64,000 nucleotides of DNA from the human T2T-CHM13v2.0 reference genome, Homo sapiens. Where the stretch lies: NCBI RefSeq assembly GCF_009914755.1, contig NC_060945.1; one strand, given 5' to 3'. Both the position numbers and the translations under genes were made by a program. Positions 43,233-61,850 of this stretch are shown piece after piece; the first letter of the stretch is position 1, and every line of letters starts with the position of its first letter. The notes beneath the pieces were generated by a model. It was not told the origin of the DNA. It worked only from the letters and a program-made list of their open reading frames with translations, and made no database searches.

Positions 43233-44594
43233 TGTTGAGGTATTGTAATATAATAAGAAATATATATTTTTGTCTTCATTTGGCTCCTGGCCAGAGATCC
43301 TAAAACCTTTGTAATTTCCTAAGTTATAAGTGCAATCAGAACATCTTTTGTTATAATATTTAGATTTTGTCCTGGGCTCCTGAAATAGCTCCAGAATGAT
43401 GAAGATGAAAGGAACGTCTTTTGTTATTCATTAAAATTAGCTCCTTTTAACCACACCTGAGTTTACGTAGATGAATGAATTTTGGAAAGCCCCTAATGAT
43501 GGGGGGCTGGTTGTCAAGGGAATGGATCATGTGACTAGAGGGCTGGAACTTAAACCTCACACCCACCCCCTATCTCCCCAAGCTGGAGAGAGAGGCTGGA
43601 GGTTGTTGGGTCCATCACCAATGGTCAATGACTTAATCAACCATGCCTATATCATGAGACCTCCATAAAAGCCCTCAACAATGGGGCTCAGAGACCTTTC
43701 AGCTCAAGGACTCCATGGAGATGCTCAGTGGGTAGAACCTTTAGGCCAGTGGCAGCGACTCACATCCCTGTATTTTGGGAGGCCAAGGCAGGTGGATCAC
43801 CTGAAGTCAGAAGTTCAAGACCAGCCTGGCCAACATGGTGAAAACCCATATCTACTAAAAATACAAAAAATTAGCTGGGCATGGTGGCAGGCGCCTGTAA
43901 TCCCAGCTACTCGGGAAGCTGAGACAGAGAATTGCTCGAATCCAGGAGGCAGAGGTTGCAATGAGCCAAAATCGCGCCATTGCCCTCCAGTCTGGGGGAC
44001 AGAGTGAGACTCCATCTCAAAAAAAAAAAAAAAGAGAGAGTAGAACCCCCAGCAAGGGCATGGGAGCTCCATGCCCCGTCCCCAAACCTTGCCGTGTGCA
44101 TCTCTAACATTCGGCTCCTCCTGAGTTGTGTCCTTTTATAATAACTAATAATCTTGTAAGTAAACTGTTTTCCTGAGTTCTGTAAGCCAGTCTTGCAAAT
44201 TCTGGAACCCAAGAAGAACCCCTGATTTATAGGTGGTCAGTCAGAGGCCCAGGCTTGCGATTGGCATCTGATGAGGGGCTGGGGGGTAGTCTTGTGGGAC
44301 TGGGCCCTTAGCCTGTGGTATCTGTACTAACTCCAGGTAGTCAGTGTAAGTTTTCAGCATAAACAATCAAAGGACATCATCAGAGATTAATTGCAAGAAA
44401 ATATTCTCAAACCTTATATCTGATAAGGGGTTAATATTCAAATATGCAAGGAACTTATACAACTCAACTGTAAAAAGCAAATAACTCAGTTAAAAAGAGG
44501 GCAAAGGACCTGAATAGACATTTCTCCAAGAAAGACATAAAAATTTAGATAAATTGTAGGACACACAGTTGGTATTTTCAGGAAATGGAGAATT

Positions 44595-44595
<1 letters not shown>
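43233..44595 (+). mobile_element. MER21-family LTR interrupted by an Alu (~43744-44033) and a composite templated insert (44345-44544)
   Basis: tattgtaatataataagaaatatatatt...ccacacctgagttta...tgtgggactgggcccttagcctgtgg...aattgtaggacacacagttgg. Confidence 0.75.
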
Positions 44596-46980
<2,385 letters not shown>

Positions 46981-47706
46981 CCATGGTGTTTTTTTCCCTT
47001 GCTTCTGGTTCCATTTTAGTCTCCTTCTTGAATCTCACAGCTGTGGGTTCTCATGCACTCATGTACCTCACTGCTAGTGAATCCTTCTCCTTTCCTCCTG
47101 GATAATCCACTTCAAGACTTTCTTCCCGTGAGCAGCTAGCTCCAATGCCTGCTAGCAAAGGCACCAGGAGTAGGCTCCAAGAGCCAAGGAGGAGCTTCAG
47201 AAGGGATGGAGGTTATAACCTTCCCTTTGTTCATTCGTCCCATAATTCTTTGAGCATTTACTGAGCATCAGGACCAGCATAAGTGCTGGGAGCAGGAGCT
47301 CCCTGTCTAGTCTGGATAGCGACAAATGAGCAAATAAGTAGAGCCATGAGGTGAGAGCAATACACAGAACAGGAGAGGCAGAGAGAAGGAAACCACTGAC
47401 TGCCGCCTGGGAGATGGTACAACTGAGAAGACAGGGGAGAAGGAAGTATTTCCTAGCAGGCAGAGGAGCATGTGCAAAGATAAAGAGATGTCAAGAGTCA
47501 CAGCCTGGCTTTCTGGGGCTGCAGTGAGACCTGCAGGCTGCGACACAGGCTGGGGTGGGAGAATAACGGCTGTGAAGGAGCTAGGAAGGTAGAAAAGGCA
47601 AGTCATATGGGGCCTTGTGCACAGTTCTGAGGAGTCGGACTTGGTCAGATGGGGGGTTGGGGATCTTAAGCAGGCAGGAAGTGATGAGATTAGAAGGGGC
47701 ACAGTG

Positions 47707-51096
<3,390 letters not shown>

Positions 51097-51326
51097 TTCA
51101 AGATGGCGCCAGCAGAGCATTAAAACCAGCTCTGGGACTTCTAGGACAGGATCATGATGCTGGCTCTGCCCATCTTGGGTGCTTTAATGAGACAGAAAAT
51201 AAGCAGAGAAACTCTCCATTTGATTTGAATCCAGCTCAGCATATTTATTTACAGAGAATGCTGTAGGCTATGTGGTGGCCCTGTGTGGGATGCAACCTGA
51301 AGTTCTGGGTGTTTCCTGCCTTTCAG

Positions 51327-51470
51327 ATTGCTTGTCTTACTCAGCTTTGCAAGTCCTATCCCGAAGGTGCTATGGGAAGCAGAGATGCAAAATCATCGTC
51401 AACAATCACCATTTTGGAAGCCCCTGTTTGCCAGGCGTGAAAAAATACCTCACTGTGACCTACGCATGTG
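51327..51470 (+). CDS. EVA1C: EVA1C coding exon (exon 5), C-terminal part of SUEL domain 2
   Basis: Acceptor cctttcag|AT, donor GTG|gtaaga, 144 nt, phase 1-1. Translates (D)CLSYSALQVLSRRCYGKQRCKIIVNNHHFGSPCLPGVKKYLTVTYAC. Confidence 0.96.
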
Positions 51471-53112
51471 GTAAGAACACACCCCCGACCAGCTGCCTGA
51501 TGACACTGCCTCTTTTGGGGGAGGGTGGTGACCATGTGAACGGCAGGAGTTTGCCCAGAACAAGCCAAACACTGCTCCTCCTGAAGCTGTTTGGTCATCC
51601 CAGATACCCGAGAGCCCTTTTTTTCTTTCTTATTCTTGTTTATGATATTCATGTCAGATAAGCAATAGAATTTTCTTTGGTCAAAATTTGTGTAAAAGCA
51701 CCTTTAGCAATCAGATTGGCAGCCAATGGGGAGGGTGGAGAAGGAACAACCAAATAGGGGTAAACTGATGTCACTGAGACCAGTGATTTTCATCTGGGAA
51801 AATTTATTGGGATGTCATGCGAGTTCACAGTCGAATTATGTGTCTCCTATTTAACCTTCCAGTTCTGCTTTTAGGCCCTAAATGACTAACTCTCTGTACT
51901 GCCAACAGCTATTTTATCTACATGCCCACAGTGTTGAGTCAACAGATCAAATGCTTACCCTAAAACAATAAAAATTGTTACACGACAGCATTACTTTGTT
52001 TTCCTGATGTCTTTAAATGATAAAATGAAATGCCTTCTTCGTTTAGATTCTAATTTCATAAAGCCACGTAAAAGCAAATCAGCAGTTTATTATTTTCTGA
52101 GGATACTGTGGATTTCCAGTGTGTAATCCTAATGTGTTGACTGCCTTCTTTTTGTTGGAAATGAGCATAAAAGCAAATGGAAAGCAAAGAGCATTATAAT
52201 TGAAGAACCTGATACCTATTCTCTTGGAAATCGCTTTTTCCCCTGCCAAACATTCCTAGCCATTTTATGTCTGCAACAGCTTTTTTGAGATATAATCCAC
52301 AGAGCATACAATTCACCTGTTACAGCATACAAATCAGTGGTTTTTAGTATATGCACAGAATTGTGCTACCATCACCACAATCAGTTTAAGAACATTCGCA
52401 TCCCCCCAAAAGAAACCCTGTATCCCTTAGCAGTCAGCCCACCAAATCCACCCATTCATTACACCTGCCCCATCCCCAGGCAACCACCCATCTACTTTCT
52501 GTCTTTATGGATTTGCCTCTTCTAGACATTTCCTAGAAATGGAATCATACAATGTGTGGTGCTTTGTGTCTGGCTTCCTTACTTAGCATCTGTTTTCAAG
52601 GTTCGTACATGTTGTAGCATGTCTCAGTACTTTATTTCTTTTTGTGGCATCATAATATTCCATTGCATCCTTAGAATTTTATATCCTGAACTAAAAATGT
52701 TGTTCTCTGCAATATCAATGCTGCAATAGATATGATGAAGTGACTACATAAATGTATTACCAAAATAATGGCACCCACTCTTACATCACAGGAGGGATGG
52801 CTTTACCTGCTCTGTCTTTATTCCTGCTGTCATGTCTAAGCAACTCTAAGTAGCATGGGGCCCATTTTGGCTGAGGTTCCCCCAGAGGCCAAAAAGGTCA
52901 CTTTGAGTACATCCTTGGATAGCTCCTCTGGTAGAATGGAGGACGGTAGACTGGACACGGGTCACACTGAGGTTCCAGTAACTTCAGGCCTCTTCATCAG
53001 AGTGTTGAATAAGAAGCAGAACTTTAGCCTCCAAATAAGGTGTAGTTTTGGCCGGGGACCGGGAAAGCTGAGACACTGCTGGGCTGGGGCCGCCATAGCC
53101 CTGGGAACGGAG

Positions 53113-53866
53113 TATATTCTAGTGAAAGGAGACCAGGTGACTGGCATAGTGACAGCTAAATCTGGAGATATATTCAGAGTTGATGTTGGAGGGAGTGAGC
53201 CAGTTTCTTTGTCTTACTTGGCATTTGAAGGTGCAACTAAAAGAAACAGACCAAATGTGCAGGTTGGAGATCTCATCTATGGCCAATTTGTGGTTGCTAA
53301 TAAAGACATGGAACCAGAGATGGTCTGTATTGACAGCTATGGATGAGCCAATGGAAGGAATGTCATTGGACAGGATGGTCTGCTTTTTAAAGTGACTGGG
53401 CTTCATTAGAAAGCTGTTAGCTCCAGATCATGAAATCAAACAGGAAGTGGGAAAACTCTATCCACTGAAGATAGTATTTGGAATGAATGGAAGAGTATGG
53501 GTTAAGGGAAAAACCGTCCAGCAGACTTTAATTTTGGCAAATGTTTTAGAAGCTTGTGAACACATGACATTAGATCAAAGAAAACAAATCTCCAGATTGG
53601 CAGAAAGTTGATATAGGTGGACTTTTTTAATGGGTCCGTTGAGCCAAGAAACCATGGGTTTCCTGGGGAAAACTTTTTTCAGGTGAACTTCTCCCCATTT
53701 AGTTATTCAGAAGACAAGGTATGAAGGTACATATTATCTTATTGGAGTCCTAATTAAAATATTTTTATAAGTAAATTACTGATTTTCACCCATGCTCTTG
53801 TGGGAGAGAAAATCATTACAGAATCATGATGTATTTTTTTATTCTGTACAATAACATTTACTAAAA
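53113..53866 (+). pseudogene. EXOSC3P1: Processed pseudogene of EXOSC3 (exosome component 3/RRP40): coding homology 53113-53611 plus 3'UTR
   Basis: Intronless match to EXOSC3 ([27 protein letters not shown]...[37 protein letters not shown]...[11 protein letters not shown]...SRLAES*). Lesions: premature TGA at 53344-53346, 2-nt frameshift near 53397, one codon missing near 53590. Confidence 0.93.
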
Positions 53867-53951
53867 CATTTTTTTTAAAGGTGCAGTTTCTAGTGTGCTT
53901 TCAAGGATGAGGCAAGAACAGTTCCTACAGCTGAGGCTCTTCTTAGCTAAT

Positions 53952-54314
53952 TGTATTAGTCCATTTTCACACTGCTGATAAAGACATACCCGAGACTAGG
54001 CAATTTACAAAAAAGGGGGTTTAATTGGACTTACAGTTCCACATGGCTAGGAGGTCTCACAGTCATGGCGGAAGGCAAGGAGGAACAAGTCCCATCTTAT
54101 GCGGATGGCGGCAGGCAAAAAGAGAGTTGTGCAGAGAAATTCTCATTTTTTAAACCATCAGATCTCGTGAGTCCCTTTCACTATCAAGACAACAGCCCGG
54201 GAAAGACCCGCCCCTAAGATTCAATCATCTCCCACAGGGTCCTCCCACCAGGTCCCTCCCACAACACGTGGGAATTATGAGATTTGGGTGGGGACACAGA
54301 GCCAAACCACATCA
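53952..54314 (-). mobile_element. THE1 (THE1B-like) solo LTR with 5-bp TSD CTAAT
   Basis: tgtattagtccattttcacactgctgataaagacatacccgagac...gccaaaccacatca; ctaat at 53947-53951 and 54315-54319. Confidence 0.9.
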
Positions 54315-54464
54315 CTAATGCTGAGATGAAGGTGAGCTTTCAGGGCCTGGGGGTCACATGTCCCAGTTCAAGCTTTTCTTCCTTCTGTCACTCATTCAGC
54401 ACATTGCTCTTTGTGTCAGGAGCTGTGCTGGGTGCCAGGGATTTTGTAATAAACAAAGAGACAC

Positions 54465-57400
54465 GGCCAGGTGCGGTGGCTCACGCCTGTAATCCCAGCA
54501 CTTTGGGAGGCCGAGGCGGGCGCATCATCTGAGGTCAAGAGTTCGAGACCAGCCTGGAAAACATGGTGAAACCCCATCTCTACTAAAAATACAAAATTAT
54601 CTGGGCATGATGGCGCATGCCTGTAATCCCAGCTACTTGGGAGGCTGTGACAAGGAGAATCACTTGAACCTGGGAGGCGGAGTTGGCAGTGAGCTGAGAT
54701 CTCGTCACTGCTTGGGTGACAAGGGTGAAACTCTGTCTCAAAAAAAAAAAAAAAAAAGAGACATGGTCCTGTTTTCATGGGGTGAGCAGTTGAGGGAGAA
54801 AGGCAAGCATTAACCAAATAGCCAGACACATCATCATGACCTGTTGTGACAAATGCTATTTTAGAAAAGGGCAGAAGACTGTAACAGTGGAGGGGGCCTA
54901 ATTTAGCTTGGGGGTGGTGGTTTAATTCTTCCAAAGAGAACCATACTGTAGGGTGAACACTAGGGTATGCACACTAGCTGCACACTAGCTGCACACTAGG
55001 GGCCGAGACGCTGAGGTTGCTGAGTGGGAGAGGAAAGGTGTTGATGAGGAGGAAGATGGCCCTGGTTTAAACTGCTGAGAACAGGGTCCTGCACACAGTA
55101 GGAGCTCCATGAAGAGTGGTCCCTAGTGTTTTCACCAACATATCTGAAGTGGAGCAGGACGGTGATCAATCACACCCCAGTCCCCGACCTCATTCGGAAC
55201 TAGTTTGAATCAAGGAGATGCAAAAATCTGACAAGTGTGTTGACAACGGTGATTTTAAAGGTCCTAAAAGATTCTCCAGATATCAGAGCCATTTTCACAT
55301 AGTAGAAGGGCACATTCCCTGCAGTGGCCTGTGTCATACACAGCCAATTTAACCTTTTCACTGCCTGGTTATTCTGCAAAGTGCATCCTAGAATGCCCTT
55401 CCCCTCTGAGCTCCTCTACAAAATTCTGATTCTTTCTCAAACTGTAAAGCCTCTGGCATTTGCCAAGAGCCAAGGCCCTCCTGAAGCCATAGTTTGAGAA
55501 CAAGCCAAGAGGCAGACATGAGAAAGAAGTACCACTCCTGGCAGGGAGAGCTGACACTTCCTAGGATTCTGCATCCTTCTCAGGGCCCAGAAATGAATGC
55601 GAGGTAATTAAAGCAGAAAGCAATTTGCAGCAGCTGAGCTCAGCTCTCCGGAGCTGCCAGGGTCCCAGGATCAGTGGTGTGCCCCAAGGACAGCCAAGGG
55701 ACATTCCTCAAGGCCCTGGAAATCATCAGCCACATCCAGCAACTTCACCGGGCTTCCCTGGAAAGTCTCCCTTGCTGCTGATGGGCATGAAGGCGCCAGG
55801 GCCTCCTGTACGTGGAAAACTCACAATCTAGGAATGTCCGGTGGTTGTTGATCCTGGGACATCCCCAGAAGAATTTAGTTAAGCCCTCTGAGAGAGGAAA
55901 CAAGGTTTTCTTGCTGCTGAAGATGCCTCACTTGTTCTTTTATAAAAAAGCAGTGCAATTGAATTTGCAGTTTGTTTTGGCTTTCTTTCCATTTCCTGTT
56001 GCTACTTCTCTGAGATCTCAGCTGGGCTGAGGAACAAACAAAAATAAGCAATTTTATGCAGCAGGAATATTCGGTTTCCACTCCCTTCTCCCAGCCTGCG
56101 GCAGTGTGCTTGGCCTGCAGAATTCTTGCTCTGCCCTCTGTTTCAGCGGGTGCTGTCATCTGCCGGCTGCTTTGCCTGGGGATTCTGACATCCCAGGGCT
56201 TATTCTTAGGGTCAGTTCAGCAGAGTCTGAAACCACCTTCAGAGGAGTCGGTCACGCTGCCATCCTCTCTGCATCTTTCTGTAGTCCTTTCTGATAATAT
56301 TTAGCAAATCACTTTAGCACAGGGTCTTCGAATTCTTTCCAGATTTACGATGGAAACACAGAGGCAAAGAGCTTGGGGTAGAAAGCAGAAGAGTAGGTGC
56401 TGGGAGAGTTTGATGGTGGGTTTTGAGTTGGTCACAGTCATTTTGCTTTACTAAGTCCAGGGAAGCTCATCTTCAGAGTTAACCACCCTATTTTTTTTTT
56501 TTTTTTTTTTTTTTTTGAGATAGAGTCTTTCTCTGTCACCCAGGCTGGAGTGCAGTGGCACAATCTCAGCTCACTGCAACCTCTGCCTCCTGGGTTCAAG
56601 TGAGCACATCCGGCTAATTTTTGTATCTTTTAGTAGAGATGGGGTTTCGCCATGTTGGCCAGCCTGATCTTGAACTCCTGACCTCAAGTGATCCACCTGC
56701 CTCAGCCTCCCAAAGTGCTAGAATTACAGGCATGAGCCATCATGCCCAGCCCAGAGTTAACCACTCTATTGAGGTGTTATTTTCCTTAAAATTCTATTAC
56801 ATGTGAATACAATGCAATGATTTTTAGTAAATTTAGAGTTGTGCAACCATCACTACCCTCCAGTTTTAAAACATTTTCACAATGCCCCGAAGCTCCCTTG
56901 TGCCCATTTGCCGTCACTGCCCCATTCCCACCCCCCCGGTCCCAGATAACCACGCATCAACTTTCTGTCTCTAGATTTGCCTTTTCTGAATATTTTGTAC
57001 AAATGGAATTATGCAATGGATGGTTTTGTGTGTGTGTGTGCGTGGTTGGCTTCTTTAACTGAATGTGATGTTTCAGAGGTTCATCCATGTTGTAGCATGT
57101 ATCATATCGGTACTTCACTTTTTTTTTTTGGAGATGAAGTCTCACTCTTTCACTCAGGCTGGAATGCAGTGGTGCGCTCTTCGCTCACTGCAACCTCTGC
57201 CTCCCGTGTTCAAGCAAATTCTCCCTGCTTTAGCCTCCCAAGTAGCTGGGATTACAGCTGTGTGCCACCATGCCCAGCTAACTTTGTATTTTCAGTACAG
57301 ACGGGGTTTCATCATGTTGGCCAGGCTGGTCTCGAACTCCTGACCTCAAGTAATCTGTCCACCTCGACCTCCCGAAGTGCTAGGATTACAGGTGTAAGCC

Positions 57401-58288
57401 ACCATGCTGGGCCTTCATTCCGTTTTATTATGAGGTGTATTCTGCTAGATGGATATATCATATCTTGTTTTTATTCTCCATTTTTTTTAATATTGCAAAA
57501 TGGGCCTAAAACCACCTCTCTGGAGCATTTGATGATCACATGGATACCATTGGGTTTGTGTGTATATGTGTGTATTTAACAGGAAGAGTGAGTGATTCTT
57601 GCACTGATTTGGAAAGTGATTTTAAAATCTTATCTACATTGCATTTAAAAATGTATTAAGAGTCCACATTTTAAAAATATACCACGAATTTAAAATATTT
57701 CTTTTTTGGCTTTTAGTTCCCAAGAACATACTCACAGCGATTGATCCAGCCATTGCTAATCTAAAACCTTCTTTGAAGCAGAAAGATGGTGAATATGGTA
57801 ATTTTTATGGCTTACTACCAGCATTTCTCTTTAAGTAAAGGTAAACAGCCCCTGGGTGACCACAGTTGGGCACACCTTGGTTAGAATGGAAGGGGCTGTC
57901 AGGAGGTGTGTTTGAGGTACCGGTCCTGGTGATAATAGCGCTTATTATCGGCCAATAGTTGCAAATGGTGAACACCATTTTATTTTGTTTTGACTTTTTT
58001 AAAATCAGAAGTAGGATAAACCTCCCCTTCATTCTCCTCTCACTTCCTAAAAGGAAAATCACTTTGAAAAGACATCTGCTCAGAAGTAAATTTGGGCTTC
58101 CTGGGTTACACAATGAGCTTTTTGCAAAGCTGAGCCCATTGGAACCTGCGTAGGCGCCAGGGCCAACTAGGACCTGAGGGCCTCTGTACCTCTGTACACA
58201 CCACCTTCCTCTTTAGTTTCCTTCCTCCCTTCCTTCCTTCCTCCCTCCCTTCCTTCCTCTCTCCCTCCCTCTCTCTCTCTCGCTCTTT

Positions 58289-58345
<57 letters not shown>

Positions 58346-59863
58346 TTTCTTTCTTTCTTCTGTCTTTCTTTCTCTCTTTCTTTCTTTCCTTACTTTTTCT
58401 TCTTTTTCTTTGGAGTTTCGCTCTTGTCGCCCAGGCTGGAGTGCAATGGCGCAATCTCCACTCACTGCAACCTCTGCCTCCGGGTTCAAGCGATTCTCCT
58501 GCCTCAGCCTCCCAAGTAGCAGGGATTACAGGCGTCCACCACCACACCTGGCTAATTTTTGTGTTTTTAGTAGAGACGGGGTTTCACCATGTTAGTCAGG
58601 CTGGTCTTGAACTCCTGACCTCAGGTGTTCTCCTCGTCTCGGCCTCCCAAAGTGCTGGGATTACAGGTGTGAACCACCGCACCCGGCCCCTCCTTAGTTT
58701 TCACTTGGCTTTTGTAAATGGGGTGGAGGGGTAGGGAGTTGAGGGGGTTGAGCATTTGGATTTTCTTATCAAATCTAGAATGGAATTCAAACCCATGGGG
58801 TCCCTAATAGAAACTGCAGAGACCCCGTAGAGCATCTAAGATGTTAGGCTGTGGTGAGAGTTTTGTCTTGTGTTACCTTTATTATATGTATTAGGTCTTT
58901 CCCCCCTAAGTATAAAAGTAAAGTATGTTTGATATGAAAACCATATGAAAGCACCCCTACTCCAAAAGCTCAAAGAAAACTATTGGTAATGTTCTTCTGT
59001 GTCCTTCTAGCTGGCCACCTTGGCTTTCTGGCAGGCTCTGTGTTCCTTAGCTCCTCTTCTCTTTCTTTTAACTAATTAATTAACTATTATTATTATGTTT
59101 GTAAAGACAGGGCTTTGCCATGTTGCCCTGGCTGGTCTCAAACTCCTGGGCTCAAGCGATCCACCCACCTCATCCTCCCAAGGTGCTGGGATTACAGGCG
59201 TAAGACACCGCACCCAGCTTCCACTTATTTTTCTAACAGGGTTCCCACCCGATCCATAAACAGCCTGGTCCCCCTGCAGTGGGGGCCTGAGAGCCAACCC
59301 TGTGCCGTCTCTCCTCAAAGGCATCTGTCCTGTCTGACATGGCTAGGAGTCCCCCAAGCCATCAGGTTACCCCATCACAGACTTGCTAAGCTCCATCCAG
59401 CAGTGTAACCAGGATTTAAAAGCAGATTTGCCCCACATTTTGCTGTTGTTTCCAAAAAAAGTAGCCCAATACAACCTCCCTCTGTAATGGAGGCTTGTTT
59501 TATCTCTGGCCACACAGCAGACATCAAATCCATGCTTAAAGTGAAATATTATTGGCCGGGAGCAGTGGCTCACGCCTGTTATCCCAACACTTTGGGAGGC
59601 CGAGGCGGGCAGATCACCTGAGGTAAGGAGTTCGAGACCAACCTGGCCAACATGGTGAAGCCCCATCTCTAATAAAAATACAAAAATTTGCTGGGCATGG
59701 TGGCACGTGCCTGTAATCCCAGCTACTCAGGAGGCTGAGGCAGGAGAATTGCTTGAAACCAGGAGGTAGATGGTTGCAGTGAGCCAAGATTGTGCCATTG
59801 CACTCCAGCCTGGGCAACAAGAGTGAAACTCCATCTCAAAAATAAATAAATAAATAAAATAAA
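54465..59863. mobile_element. Dispersed Alus (~54465-54757 +, ~56490-56751 -, ~57120-57413 -, ~58405-58688 - with (TTTC)n/(TTCC)n tail 58206-58410, ~59085-59217 -, ~59553-59863 +) and L1M fragment ~56760-57480
   Basis: Alu and L1 consensus matches; envelope range. Confidence 0.8.
57717..57797 (+). CDS. EVA1C: EVA1C coding exon (exon 6), extracellular stalk
   Basis: Acceptor cttttag|TT, donor ATG|gtaatt, 81 nt, phase 1-1. Translates (V)PKNILTAIDPAIANLKPSLKQKDGEY. An alternative donor lies 9 nt upstream (exon end 57788). Confidence 0.92.
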
Positions 59864-60215
59864 GCGAGATATTATTAAGCCTCTGAGGGGTGTGATGAAT
59901 GTCACTGTCTTTAGGATGGGAAAATCCACTTATTCCCTTCCACAGTGGAGTGGAAGACCAGCACCTGAAGTTGGAACCAACACTTAAAACAATTTCTAAT
60001 CCTTTTTGTACTTTAATATTGTCGGGGACTGCTTACTATTTAATAAGTGCTCTTCCTGGGTTAATCTTCTGTAATTTAGCCAGAGGCCCATTTGTTTGAT
60101 TTCTGTGACTTTTAATTATTCCGGCGGTCCCTGGGGTAGGAGCAGCAGGGGTGTCTTAGAATAGGCGTACTATGAACAGCTGTGATTAATTGGTCTTGCA
60201 TTTTTCATGAAACAG

Positions 60216-60305
60216 GTATAAACTTCGACCCAAGCGGATCGAAGGTTCTGAGGAAAGATGGAATTCTTGTTAGCAACTCTCTGGCAGCCTTTGCTTACAT
60301 TAGAG
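60216..60305 (+). CDS. EVA1C: EVA1C coding exon (exon 7), juxtamembrane segment
   Basis: Acceptor gaaacag|GT, donor GAG|gtaggt, 90 nt, phase 1-1. Translates (G)INFDPSGSKVLRKDGILVSNSLAAFAYIR (EVA1-family SNxLAAFAYI motif). Confidence 0.93.
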
Positions 60306-61102
60306 GTAGGTCAATGAATCAAAGCTTCCTAGAATGCTGATGGATTTACTAAAGTCTTGTTAATAAATGTGCTGTTCAATTATAGCACTCAGATAACTAA
60401 AGGACGATGACTTCAAGTTTAACATGCCAACCACCACTTCTAAGATTCAGAAACACAGAGGCCTGAGTTCAGGCACAGTTGTAACCAGGCAGTCAGCAAG
60501 AGAACCACATAAACAGACAAAGTCACACTATTTAGGAGTTGAGCTCCACAGATATTTTTCGCTTTTGAAAAGTAGAAACCCGAGGAATGCATTTCCCAGC
60601 TCTAAAATTCGGGAAGGAACTAGGATTATTGAATTCCAGCCCTGACTGGAAGAAAAATGAGCCAGAAGGTCACTTAGTAAACAAGACAGATCATGCCCCA
60701 TGAAGACAGAGCCACTTTCTGGGTCATGAGTGTTATTCCTAATAGTTGTCAAGGATTCCCTTGTTAGTCTTCCCCATGAGGATCAATCAGACTCAGCCCT
60801 CATGAATTAGCAGAGCCAGAAGGCTTATACCAAGGCCGGCCACACCGCGGGGACCTCTTCATTGAGGGGAAGGTATGTACAATTTTTCCTCACCACCCTC
60901 TCTGCTTATCTTAAGATAGAACACATTTTGGAATGCCATCTGCAAGTTTCAGCAATGCCTGCCTATGTTCAGAGAGACAAAAACCAGAGACCTTCAGTAA
61001 AATACATGTTAATATAATACATAACAGTATTGCTATTCAAGGCCTGCAAAGATGGGCTATTTGGGGTAAGCCTGTCTCAGAGGAAAATAGAGGCTTAGGG
61101 AA

Positions 61103-61465
61103 TGTATTTGTCTGTTCTCATGCTATTAATAAAGACATACCTGAGGCTGGGTAATTTATAAAGGAAAGAGGTTTAATGGACTCACAGTTCCACATGGTTA
61201 GGGAGGCCTAACAATCTCGGTGGAAGGTGAATGAGGAGCAAAGTCACGTCTTACTTGGTAGCAGGCAAGAGAGCTTGTGCAGGGGAACTCCCCTTTATAA
61301 AACCATCAGATCTCGTGAGACTTATTCACTATCACCAGAACAGCATGGGAAAGACCCACCCCATGATTCAATTACCTCCCACCATGTCCCTCCCATGACA
61401 CATGTGGATTATGGGGGCTATAATTCAAGATGAGATTTGGGTGGGGACACAGCCAAACCATATTG
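61103..61465 (-). mobile_element. THE1 (THE1C/D-like) solo LTR with 5-bp TSD GGGAA
   Basis: tgtatttgtctgttctcatgctattaataaagacatacc...ggggacacagccaaaccatattg; gggaa at 61098-61102 and 61466-61470. Confidence 0.88.
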
Positions 61466-61850
61466 GGGAATGATCTCAATACATGAGATGCAAAGTTCAG
61501 TCTTGGGGTCCCCTGCTGTTCTATTGTCCTCCTGCATCAGGATTCCTCCTGTGTGTGTGTTGTGTGGTTGATGGTTTCTTCTGTGGGTCCTCTCTTTTCT
61601 AGCCACCTTCTCATTTTCATGTCTTGCTGTTCCTGATCATTGTCAATGTTAAGAACTGTAAGGATTTTTATTGTCAGAAATATCCCCATATTTACAAAGT
61701 CCTTGGGGAGCTTCTTGGAGAAAAGCCATCATGAAAATCCTCCAGACAGAGAATAACGATTGAAGGGGAACGAGACCGACATTGCGCTCAGTGAGCTGTG
61801 GCCTTGCTGTGTGCTTTACCCCAACTACCTTGTCCGTTCCTCTCAACAAC

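Noticed and set aside
52891-53893. Possible TSD of the EXOSC3 retrocopy (aaaggtcactttgagt vs aaaggtgcagtttctagt)
   Set aside because: Too degenerate to call, and no clear poly(A) tail remains.
54957-55000. Short 11-bp tandem repeat (gcacactagct)
   Set aside because: Only about 3 copies; ordinary slippage product.
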